DNA of 64,000 nucleotides from Trichosphaerium sp. ATCC 40318. Lineage: Eukaryota > Protista > Tubulinea. The stretch covers positions 1-64,000 of the forward strand of contig JALMLS010000438.1 in assembly GCA_038496445.1 (NCBI GenBank), given 5' to 3'. The position numbers were made by a program, and so were the translations under genes. The notes under the pieces were generated by a model, which saw only the letters and a list, made by a program, of their open reading frames with translations, was not told where the DNA came from and made no database searches. Shown piece after piece: positions 10,420 to 22,819 of this stretch (its first letter is position 1; the number at the start of each line of letters is the position of its first letter).

Positions 10420-13400
10420 AAACAAATAGCATATTAAAGAACTGAAAGATGTGCAGTACAACTTTGTTATTGTTGACTGTTTTTTCGTTTCTTTTGAGAG
10501 CATGCTTGTTTAGGGTTGGCCTTTCTTAAGGACCAAGGTACAATTGCTTTCCTTAAAGCTGGAACATAGAAAACAACCAATAAGAAAATAATAATTACCT
10601 ATGAAAAACAGAAAAAAGTAAGAAAAAGATAAAAGTGACAACTACCGTACAAGAACGATGCCAACTGTGGTCCCTATAGCAATAGCGGCAACATTACTAC
10701 TTACACATTCAGATGTTAATATTAAAATATCAAGGCTAGTTCCAGACGTTAATGGTAAAGCAGCAAAAAAATTGTTTTCTTAGTACCCAATATTTGATCT
10801 TTCTTGCAGAGTCTGAACACATTCATCACTGACCACATCAACAGTTCCGTTTATACAAGGCGAATTGATAGCTTGTATTCTCTTATCAGAAGATGTATCA
10901 ACATCTGTGACATCAACAACAAATGTACTACCAGGTAGTAATGTCAAGCACCCTGAAACAGTAACAGTACTACTTTTTTCTTCATCAAAAATCAAAACGA
11001 CATCACCAGAGTTTGTGAACTGTCCATTGATTACAGTAGGTTTAGATATAGTTATTGACTTTGCATTGTTTACATTGCGTGTAAATACGCAAATATCAGT
11101 GTCATTACATTGTAAACAGGTCTCATCTTGACATTCAACTAAAACAAAATTAAAAACATTCAAACTAGATGAAGAAATTGTCGGTGAGTAAGGAGATAAC
11201 GACATACTTGCGCAATCTACTAAACTGTTCTTCGAAATAAACGCAATTTCTATTGTATTATCTTCCTGCCAAGCAAGAGCCTAATGGGATAACACGTTTA
11301 ATAGGGTGGGATTCAATGTAAAGGGTTTCATTTTTATAAACTCTTGTTTTTCAATAACACGTGAAGTATGTGTGTAACGTACAATTACTTGACATTCTTC
11401 AGCATCATATACTGATTGCGCCTTAGCTATCATAGAATGTGTACTGTCATTTCTTACTTCATTTAATACACTTGGAGGAGAGTCCTAATGTAGTTTTGAG
11501 AAGTTAAACATTACAAAGAAAAAAAAAAAAAGAGATCTTTTTGATTATCATACTGAAAATGCTGTGTTGTATAAAACGTTTTCATTGACAGCACGGAGAG
11601 TAACGAACGAATACTTTGATTCATCTGTAGGAATAATAGTCATTAAAGACGATGGGTCTCCTTCAACGGTTGTATTGTGAACAGGCTCAAGACTAGATGC
11701 GCAAGAGGTAAAGTTGAAAATGAGAAGCATTTCTTTTTGAGGTCCTTCTTGTAACTGAAGTAATACAAGTTTCTTCTCTGAGTTGTAAGTAAGTTGTATT
11801 TCCTCTACGTTACTAAGAGACTGTGGAACATCAATAAATCGTTCTGTAGAAAGCTACATAGAAGTCATAAACTCTGTAGAAGCTGAACTTGTATTCAAGA
11901 TAGAAAGTTTTTTGTTTCTGGTTTTAGGTACCGAGGCCGCATCATTGACTATTTGAATTGATGTGTAACTAACGACATTGCCTTCTAAAGAAGCATACAA
12001 CAAGCAAACATCACTTATTTTCACCAAAGAAACAGCAGTTACATTGGAGAAACCTGTAAAAAAAAATTAAGTTAGCTGACTTCAACCCATTAAGAACATG
12101 TATACATACTAATAAAGGGTGTATCAATGCCTTGTTTTGTAAACTTTGTGATGATAAAATCTTTTACGCTTGGCATTGGCGTTGATATAAGCACATTGAT
12201 TAGAAAGTAGTCCGCAACTAGGTCATAGTTAAGAACGAAAAAAAAAAACACAACTTTTTCTAGATTTTGAAAGGCTAACCTTGTATACCCTGGTAATCCA
12301 CAATTCCTAATGCCGTAAGTAAAACAGGTTCAATAAACTCCAGAACCTATTAAAACAACTTAAAAATATTGAGTACAGGACTTTGAAACAGCATCTCTTT
12401 GCGCTTGATCTCAAAAAAAAAAAATAAAATAAGAAAACGTACTCCGCCGTTGAAACTAATGGATGTTGCCATAAGTCCGGAACTACCAACAAATATAGCA
12501 AGTATAAAAGAACCATTAAACGGAGGGATGACAACGACAGAAGCCTCAGAAATAATAACTGGAGGAAAAGTTGCAACACCAGCAAAAAGATCTTGAGTTG
12601 TGATTATTAGAAACAAGTTCTCGATTTTTGCATTCAAGCATACCTGCACGTGTAAACAACCGTACAACAACTGAAGTTACAGAGCCATTGATACCTAGAG
12701 CTTATATTAGTCCAATAATAAAATACAAAGAACACGTGCGCAAGTACGGAAAAAAAAAAAGTTTTGAAGAAATTTGAGAAAAGTACGCCCAAAAGCACCT
12801 TGTAAAGTGCTGTACACTTATAAACGACGTACGGGAATCCGCTGCGTAAACAAAGTATTGTTGCGAGTCTAAATATCCTGTAGATAGATATGGGTCGGTT
12901 ATATCACTAAAAGAAAGAGAAGAACCATCCACAATGTTAGAAGTATCCAAGTAAGTGTTTAATTGTGGATTCGAGAATTGTGCAGTTACCGCTGCGTACG
13001 AGTTAGATACACGTGCCAGAAATCAAAACTGCTTAATAGAAGTCGTTTAACGCACTTCCAAGAATAAATACAAGTAGTATCAGAATCATAAAAGCAAAAT
13101 GTTGAATAGTTCCACTAGAGCCTCTATTACGCGTGCTTAAATATTAATTAAGGTTTGGGTTTTAAAAATTTATGTAAGAAAAAGTCAAGTATTCTTCACT
13201 TTGTGATGCTCAGTTCTTAAATTATTGGTACGAGAACAGTTCCCATTGTGTCGATATTAAATGTTATATACATACGTCACAATATTGTGTTTGTCAGTCA
13301 TAAAAACTCACCTCATAGCATTGTAACCTGAGCGAACCTGTGAACTCTATAAGATGTGATAGAATCACAGAATTGCGTCCTACAATGGAAAAGAGTCCAG

Positions 13401-13476
13401 CAGTCTATGAGTACCCGGATTGCTATTAGAGAAGTATCAAGCCGTTGTCAGGAGTTCAACTTAAAGGGTTGTGAAT
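10420..13476. repeat. Inverted segmental duplication, left arm (partner 26177-29302)
   Basis: Near-identical reverse-complement sequence over ~3.05 kb, including introns and upstream DNA. Confidence 0.95.
10467..13089 (-). CDS. Multi-exon type-I membrane/cell-surface protein, copy A
   Basis: Signal peptide MILILLVFILG, spliced exons, VSGCLTLLPGS domain, C-terminal TM and basic tail. Confidence 0.7.
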
Positions 13477-13778
13477 CAATAACATATTAAGGGATCAACG
13501 CGCTGGCAGGAGTGCACTATCAACCTATATTAATAACTGATGAAGGCATCAACGTTGATGCATGGTGTACATAGAATACAACGTTAGCCAAAAGCTTAGT
13601 GGTTAAAATAATCCGTTTATTGATGTTTTCCTACAAATACAAGAGGATATAGGGGTTCAAAAGAGCAGATTATCAACTGACAGACAACAAGAACTTGATT
13701 CAAAGGTAGTCAGAATTTTTTTGTTCTTTGTTCGAAGTACGGTTTTCTGCCTTCCTCCCCTAGGTTTTTTGGACGCCA

Positions 13779-16700
13779 TTAACCTGGTGGTTTACCTGGC
13801 TTATTGAGCCTGTTCTCCCTTAACATAGCAAATACTTTAGCACGATTCTCTTCAACGACCTTCATTAACTTCTGTCTGTGTGCTGCAGACTTTACTTTCA
13901 ACTCTTTTTCTAATAATAACTCTGTCATTGCTAGTAGCTTTGTACCATCAACTGCTGCTTTTCTAAACGTCTTTTTATACTCTGGCATCATCATAATCTT
14001 CTCAAGCCATGTTTGAACATCTTCTTGAGACCACTTCGCAAGATCTAAAACGAAAAAGAAGGTGAACAAAGAGTTAAGTTAAGCGGGTTTTTTAAGTACC
14101 CATATCACTCTTTTGTTGTGCTAGACGTTGTTTCTTGGCCGCTTTATCAACAGTATCACGTAGCTCCTTAGGAAGAGAACGCACGAAACCTAAAGGAGAA
14201 CATATAAATCAACATTGCTCAAAGAGACTTAGACAAAAGAGATGGACATACTTGTATCTATTTCGAACACATCAAAGTTTTCTGCCATTTCTGAACGAGC
14301 TCCTCCGAAAAACATAACACGTGTACCAGCACTTGATGCATGATGGAAAGCACGTGCCACTTTACCTTTTTGGTTACATTTCATCCACATCTTGTCAGCT
14401 GTAATCCAAGTTAAAACAAAACAAAAGTTTCAAGAAAGTTCACGCATTCAAGCAATTGTGTGCGTAGCTTACCTATGTTCAGGATGTACGTGTCGTCAAG
14501 TAACTCTCCAGAAGGTGACATACCACCATGAATGAGAAGTTCTTGGCCATTTACGATAGCTGCAGCATGTGCAAAACGAGGTGTAGGCACAGGACCAACA
14601 GTTACAAGTTCTTGCCATTTCCAAGTTACTAGAAAAAAATACAACGTTAGAGGCACGTCAACTGGCTACCAAATAAATGCTTACCAGTATCAAGTATAGC
14701 TAAGTTATTTGTGACCTGGTTTGCTCCGAATCCAGTACACCTTTTGATATTATAAGTAATCGAAGAGGGCGGAAGAAAAAGGAAGAAATAGGTGTCTTAC
14801 CCTCCAAAAACATATATTTTTGATCCGGCTGCAGTAGCACTATGACCAAATACACAATGTTTATCATCCCATTTATGTACTTCAGTATTCTTGAAAGCAA
14901 GCCATACAGCTGCATCTAACTTGTTCTTGTCTAATAACTAAGGTTAAGGCGACTCAACAAACAAACATAAGGGCGAGACTTCCCCTTAAAGGTAAAAAAA
15001 AGAGCGATTAAATTCACGTGACATACCCATGTTCAATACGTGAATTTGTTTGTAAAGAGGTACAGGTTCACCCTTTTGATTTAATCCACCAAGGAATATA
15101 AGATTTGGTCCAATACTTGTACAAGTATGCATGAAGCGACTTGGGCATGGTTTTTTGTCATTCTTGAACTTTGCATCCATAAATTTGTTCTTGGCTAAAA
15201 AAAACTCCAATTAGCCCAAGGCTCGCTCTTCAAACAAATAATAGACAAAAAATTTTTACGTACAAACACTATAGTATGCTCCTGGATGATCTTTTATGTG
15301 GCCACCTTGAATAAGTGTAAGTTTATGTATCAATTCAACTTTGGGCTTACCATATAGAAAGATTGTCTTGTTGTCTCTCATTAAGGCACCGCTATGCCCT
15401 ATAAGTTGACCTATCTTACCACCTGCTTTGATAGTCTTTTGCCATGATTGGACACCAGCTATAAATCGTTAGGATAACCTCAAAGAACCATGTAAAGTTA
15501 ACCACAAAATCCACGTACATTTTCCAACAGCGAAGCTCCCTACTTCGTCCAATATTTCTACATTACGCTCTGGAAGAGCTTGTAGCATATGTTGTAAATC
15601 AGATCGACACTCAACATTATTAGAAGCACCAATACACTCGCCACCAATGATGTAAAATTTATCACCTGTTGAAAAAAAAAGATGTTATTGTGGATAGTTC
15701 ATTTATGTGTTTTTTTACCAGCTTGTGTTACTGAATGCAAGAATCTATTAGTTGGAGCAGGTTTACCAGCATTCGGAGCGAATTTTTTAATGGTCACTTG
15801 TCACAAAGTAAGCAAATAAGACTACGTATCATTTCGAAAAAAACAATCAAAAAAAAAAAAGATTTTTTCTCTTCACCTGTTGTTTGAGATTCATGCAAAG
15901 CAGCACAACATTGCGTTAGTTTATTCATCCAAATATCTTTATGTGTAGAATCCAAGTAGTAACTACTGCGTTGCATCTCATAATAGATTCTAAACGACTT
16001 GTCTTTGTTCATAGCTGTTTTTGACGATTAGTATTAATTCCTTCAGACAAAACAAAAATGTTCTTACCATTCGCTTCATCTAACGATGATACATCAACGA
16101 ACAACAGATATAATAGCGCAACAACCTCATTATCATCATTTTGGGTGATGATAAGGTAATCATTAAAAAGGATAAGATGGACACCCTTTCGAGTCACAGA
16201 CTTCGTTCTTGGATCATATCTATTGAAAAAAATCCAAGTTAGAAAAATACACGTGACAAAAGGTTTCCTAATGTACTTACAAGTCTGCATTTCCATGGTA
16301 GCTAAAACGTCTTGTGGCTTCCATTAAATTCAAATGTCCACGTAACTTCTGTGTCCATTGAGAGAGATTTTCTTTTTCGGTTTGTTTCGTATTAATCTCA
16401 ATATTCAACTCTGCGATCTTATGCCATGCTTCCTTTAGTTTATGATGTGTCTCGTCTGTATCCTATACAATATATTAATTGATAACCCTTTCATCTCCCT
16501 CCGATAATATGAAGGAAAGAGGGGAAAAAACACGTGACATTCACGTGGTGAAGAAAATTGCAGAAAAAGTTGACGTACATCGAAACGTTTTAAGAGTTCT
16601 TTCAAAAGCATTTCATAACGAGGTAGACGTTGGAACGGTTCAGCCAATAGAGAGTCAAGAGGAAGTTTATACTTGTTCTTACTCTTCTTCTCCTATAAAA

Positions 16701-19700
16701 AAAAATACTTTTTGAGTACACGTGACAGAACGAGCGAAGTGCGAAGGCGTACATCTAAAAACTTTGCAAACTTTGGTTTACTTTTTTTCAACTTTTTGAA
16801 AGTCGATGTAGCGTCCATGTACTGACTTGAATAATCATTGTATACTTTCAAATAATTAATCTAAACAGTATATATAAGCTCTAACGCTCAAAATGGTGAA
16901 GAAATCGCTAGACGTTACCAAACCAGGTTCAGTGAATACTTTTGCCATTGATTGTACACGCTCTCTAACACTTGTATTCCAAGCCTTCTCGAATTGTGCC
17001 AAGAGATTTTGATTGAATAGTAGGATTTGTTCGAGATTCATAAAGATAATGCGAACATCCTCTTGCCTAAGAATCTTTGACTTTGGGTTGTTTAGAGGTT
17101 TCAATATCTCCTAAAAAAAAATAGCGTTAGAATTTTTGAGATTTTTTATTTAAATGTATTTCGTGTATTCGTACCATAACAGTGAATACCAATTTATCGA
17201 CGAAAGTACGTTCTATAGGTTGTATTAGAGTTAATAATTCATATAAGAGTGTTCAATAATGTGTACCAGAAGTAACAATTTCGTATAAAGCCAGCTGAAT
17301 TTTTATTAATAAACTGATACTCTTATCATCTTGTTGTTGTGCATACCACCCAGGTTTATGCCTAAAGAAAAAAAATACGTTAACACGTGATTGTAAAAGT
17401 ATTTATATAAGCAAGTTTACCCTTTATACGAGCAATCCAACTTGGCTCCTTTTTGTAATGCATCAGCAACTCCATTATAATTGGAAGTCTAATAAATAAA
17501 ATAAACAAATGAAGAAAAACAAAAAACCCATTAAAACATCAAAAGAAACAGCTATGTTTCTTTGTGTTAAAACAAAGTGAAACCACGTACTTGAATTGCC
17601 AAAATAAGTCTTTCATTCTCATCCTTAGGATTATCTACTTGTGGTACATCAGGTTTATTAGGTGCAGGCGAACTAGGTGTCATAGGTTTCGGTGCTTCAC
17701 CTGCTGGAGGTGGAATAGTAGCAGGCGGTGTAGCTATCGAGGTTGGAGGCGCCGGTGCTTCGCTATGTATTGGTGGAGGAGCATGCGCTGGTGTTGGTTT
17801 ATGTGGTACAGGAGCTGGGGCATGAGTAGGTACAGGACCTGGTGGAGGACTTTTGAACTAAAAGAAAAATTAATACCGAACATATGAAAGCGTCTTTGTT
17901 TTTGGAGGCTAGTACACGTACACCTGAACCTGTAGAGCTATCGCTTGTACCAGATGTCATTGATCCATCTGACAGAAGTCGTTTTAATCCATTAGCAAGG
18001 GCAGCATTAGGATGTGCTGCTGGAGGCATTGGATTAACTGGACGATTTGGAACAGGACGTTGAAAGCCATTGTCTGTTTGTGGGGTTCCAGTTGCTGATT
18101 GTGTCTCGGAAGGCATCGGAGAATGGAATTCTCTGTCTGTACAACATCAGTGAGCAAATAAAAGGTTGTAGCGAAGCGAAGGAAAGGTAGTAAGAACGGG
18201 AAAATACTTTGACTTTTTTTGGTTTTTCTCGCATTTTTGTTGAGAACTTTTTTAATGGTTTTCAGTGTATCGTTTAGGAAAACGTGTAGCTATAGTATAA
18301 CATAGTTATATTACCTGCACTCCTTGTTGTTACCCGCGAGAAAGGTGCTGTAGACTTGCTCAAACTAAAATAAGTTTAGTATGCGTATTTTAATGAAAAA
18401 AGCTGAAAAACGGCTTTGTTAGAGCACTCTTGATGGTATGGCCGACCTGTGATTTCTTAAACTGACAGTTCTACGAAGCGTACGTAGTTGTCTTCTCATT
18501 TTGATTATATATACACACGCAGGAAAAAATTGTCACGTGGTATCAAGACCGGAGTGTTAAAAATAAAACTGTCGGTTTTGTGGTTCAACAAACAAAAAAA
18601 AAATAAAATCTCCGAAGAAAAAAAAAAGTCGTACACGTTTTTTCCTGGGAGTGGAGCCATTCCGCTTACTGGTTCATCACTACATATAAATGTAAGTAAC
18701 ATATGAGAGAATTTTTAATAACTCATGTACGACAAAGAGCAAAAATACTTCCAACACGACACGTGTTAGGTAATGTTTTTGTGAATGCTAAAATTTTGGT
18801 TCGTTCTCATTTTCATACTTACCCATCTCTGTGTACACCCATTTTGAAAGGTGTTCTTCGCTGTGGTAATGCTGGTGCACCGCTTGCTATATTTGTAAAG
18901 TAAGTAAATCGTCATGAAGTCAGAAATTAATACGTACAAGGAGATGTAGTATGAACACGTTGTAGTTTTTTTTGGTTTCGTGTTGCAGGTCCTGTTGTTT
19001 GCCTTAAAGTACTCTTCTTTATAGGTGTTGACTTGCGATGATCCGGTGGTGATCTGAAAGGCTCTGGAGTAGCCTTTGGTATGCCATTATCCTTATCTTT
19101 TCTTGTTTTCCTCTTACTCTTTTTGAGTGTCCTGTTCTTTGATGAAATGATACTTGACTTCGCTCTACGGCTTTTTTTGGCATGCTTGTGATCTAAAGGT
19201 ACATCTCTATGAACGCCCTTCTTAATAGGTATATCTCTATGTATTCCTTGACTAGGCTTTGGTGGAGGCGTCGATGCTCTTTGCGGTTGAAAACCGCTAT
19301 CAACTACAGGAGTTTGCTTCAACTTTGGGAACATGTTTTGCTTCTTCAAGTCGTCAGCTGAGGAAGCACGCGCTGGTGGAGGTGCAGGTCTTCCCTGAGG
19401 TGCTAATGTGTGCATAACAGGTGTACTCTTGAGTCCAGTACGTAATGGGGTGGCCTGCCTTGGTACAACAGGTTCTTTCTTTGGAGTTGGTCGTAACTTC
19501 ATTTCCAATGACCCAGCCGACCCATTAACTTTTGGTTCAGTAGGACGCGGACGAAGCGCTCCTGTTGGCCTTAATACTGGCATTACCATACCAGTAGACT
19601 GCTTTGGTCTTCCTCCATCCATACTACCCATCTGAGGCTTCCTCATTGCATTAGGTACGACTTGATCTTGGGTAGCTTGTTCTGGTTCTGTTCCATTTTC

Positions 19701-21373
19701 GTGAGCTTCTGATGTTGTTATGGCAAAAGAAGACATTTCCTGTTTGAGTTTGTTCACGTTTTTCTCCTATGTATTTTATGAGATTTAAGTTGCTTGTATT
19801 ACTGTGTATGTTTTTGAAGTGCTCTTACATCGCTTGAACCGTTTTGGACAGTACCACGTCTTGATCCTACTGGACTATTTGAGAAATCTTGGCGAGATGC
19901 TTCCTTGGCTAGTTTTGCTTCTTTTACTTTAAGCAGCTTTTTAATATCACCATTAAGAGCTTTATCAACTGGTCTGTCACCCTATCATAACAATAGTCAT
20001 AATCACAAGCTATACCCATAGTAAAACGTACATACTAAAAAAAAACAGAGTTAGTAATTAAAAATAACGAACTTTGTTGACGTACGTTATCTTCCATATC
20101 CTTTGATCCACTATTCTCTATAAGTTTAACAACAGCTCTTTTACTTCCTTTATACGCCGCAACATGAAGCGGTGTTTGGCCCTAGCCAGAGTAAGATCAG
20201 TTACATTGAAGAAAAAAAAACCGTTGGAAAAAAACCTCCTTTGCAACGTACATAACGGTCTTGTTGATCAACATAGGCACCAGCATCAAGTACAACTTGA
20301 ATAACACTATCATTATCAAAATGCGATGCAACATGCAAAGGACTCCATCCCTAGAAGAAAAAATAAACAAACTCGGTTCACCAAGATTTCACGTGACAGT
20401 ATTTTTTCTTCACGTGTTTTCTCATTCTTAAACAAAACAAAAGAATAATATTCGAATAACCGTACATCTTTCCTTGCTGCTTCGCAATCAGCTCCTTTAT
20501 TTAATAGAGCCTGAGCAATCGTAGCATTCCCGGTAGCAGCAGCAACGTGCAATGGCGACATGCCCTATACCGAAAATAAGCAAAGAGTACACTATGCGTC
20601 TACACTATCTTAATCTACGCTTACCGTATTATCGAGAACATCTGTAGCGCCATACGCTAGTAATTCATTGACGATAACCTAAAGAGAGAGGTAAGTTGTC
20701 AGCACTATAAACTTAAGTGTGTAAACGCTGTAGCGATAATCTATAGCTTGAATAACTGTTCAGCACGGTTTTTTTTTCTTGAATAATCTCAAAAATTACA
20801 AGTAGTAATTCGCACCAAATGCTGCTCTTGACACGCCAAGTGCAATACAGTCCAACCCTACATTATCAAAACGTTAGTAAAAATTATTTCAAAGGAACCA
20901 AAACCAAAAAAGTAAAAAGTAATTGGTGCGATTTCTCGTCACTGTTGAAGCTACGTACGTCCTTATCTTGGCCATTGATATCAACACCTTGTAATAAAAC
21001 CGCTTTAACCGATTCAACGTTACCACTCAATACTGCAAAGTACAATCTACGCCAAACCTTCACAAAAAAAAAAAAAAGTGAGACAAACATTAATAATAAT
21101 TCCGAACTTCTCGAGTTAATGGTAATTTAACCCATTAAAAGAGATCCGTACCGCTTCTGTAGGCGCAAGGCCGTTTCCTTCATCTAAATTAAATAAGGTT
21201 AACAACGCTCACGTGCCAGAGTATTCGAAACAGTACCAAAGCAAAGAAGGTCTTCTTCCGCTACAGCAAAATCTCCAAACTAAAAACAACACGTGAGCAT
21301 TGATAAAGCGTTATAAAGTCACGTGATAACGTTATCGTTTATTAATAGGTTTTATTTATCGTACTTGTTCCAT
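13779..21373 (-). CDS. Ankyrin repeats - Pro-rich - RhoGEF (DH-PH) - Kelch repeats - SAM protein
   Basis: Ank (MSPLHVAAATGN, GQTPLHVAAYKG), DH (IIFMNLEQILLFNQNLL, LAEPFQRLPRYEMLLKELLK), PH (LILFNDYLIIT), Kelch (PTPRFAHAAAIV..LIHGG), SAM (WSQEDVQTWL..AHRQKL); exons chain via GT-AG introns. Confidence 0.75.
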
Positions 21374-21630
21374 GACGAGAGGCCGCCACTTTCAATTAGG
21401 CTTGGTTTAATAAGTACACATTTCTTTGTATTCATAAGTCAGGCTATTGTATTCCAAGGAGAAGCCGTGTTCACTCGTCATCATTTGTGTCATGGAGTGG
21501 GTAAGTCCGTTTACTGTCACACAAGGATATTTACGAAGAGTAAGACAGAAGAATAACAATCTACGGAATCAGGGAAAACCGAAAATTGACATTTAATTGA
21601 AGGTTTTTTTTTGGTTCTTTTGTTTTTTTA

Positions 21631-22722
21631 TTATACAAGCTTACGTCTAATGTTCCTCCTACGGTTCGTATTACCGCTTGGGTGTTGTATCATACGCTTA
21701 AAATCAAGTGTGTATGGCTTTCCTTGTATAGTAATATCAACGTTTGGTTGTTTCGCTTGGTAAGCAGCCTCTATCGTATCTAAAGAAGAGGTAAGAATCC
21801 AAACAATTCGACAGAAATGGAAAGAAAGTCTCGATTCGTGCCAACGTCTGAGGACGGGTAGTCCTTCCAAGAAGCAAAGTTTAGCATCCACTGCCATGTT
21901 GGTGTTCCAGATGCATTATCGTCATCGTTTGTAGATGAAGACGAAGCAGGTTTTGAAAAAAAGTTTGCAAGCGTTGGTTGTCCTATTGGTTTTTTCGCTT
22001 TTTTAGGCGAAAAGAAGGCTGCAGATGCTTTAGATTGCTGTACAGGCTTTTTTGGCTTTGTTTTCTGTGGGCTTGGAGCTGAAGGTGTTGATACAGGTGA
22101 GCTTGGAGGCGATGGCTTAGGCACCTTTCGCGCCTTCTGTATTTTTTTCCCTGTCTTGGTTTTTTTGATTGGTCTAGCATCGCTGACATCCGTTGTGTCC
22201 AGCTTTCGCTTTTTAGTAGGGGCTTGGGTATCTCTAGGTTTTTTTTTCTCTAGTGTCACTTTAAATGTTGCCCTGTACGCTACTGCGTTAGTTCGAGCGT
22301 GGAATGTAGTGTCACGTACCAATCCAACTCTTTTGAAGGCAAGAATGAGAAATCATCACCTAGCAACCGTTACAACAGAAAATGTGTCAACTTTTCGCTC
22401 ACCATTATGCAATTCGTACATGAAGTACTTGTCATCGCATAATGTTAAAGTTTTTTCATCTTCACCATCTTTTATAGAATAAATACTCGCAGGGTTAGTA
22501 CCAAGCTAATATGACGTCAATGAATGTAATACTAGCTGTTTCTCTTACCCAAGTCAAAACTAAGTTTGTTCCACCGGCATGAACATTTGGCTTCGCCTGT
22601 AATTTAATATGAGCTTTACTGATGCGTTTATCCTTTTTGCTCAAGTCTCCTCTACCAAGTATTATTGACCTCCCGCGTTTTATCTCAAAACGCGATACAT
22701 CGTTCGACAGAACGAATGACAT
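21631..22722 (-). CDS. FHA (PNKP/aprataxin-like) - PIP box - WWE domain protein
   Basis: IILGRGDL..DKRISKAH and LGTNP FHA motifs; QPTLANFF PIP box at 21957-21980; WWE WQWM..WKDY..IEAAYQ..YTLDFKRMIQ..RRNIRR. Confidence 0.75.
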
Positions 22723-22819
22723 ACTTTTTAAACGCAAAAAACAAAAAGACAAAAGAATTGAGGAAAAAGTCAAACTGGTACAAAAGAAGTGAAATTCCAC
22801 ACAAGCACCCAGAGAAGTA

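Noticed and set aside
14300-14357. GC-AG intron at GCACGTG in the Kelch region
   Set aside because: It reads through as coding (KVARAFHHASSAGTRVMFFGG).
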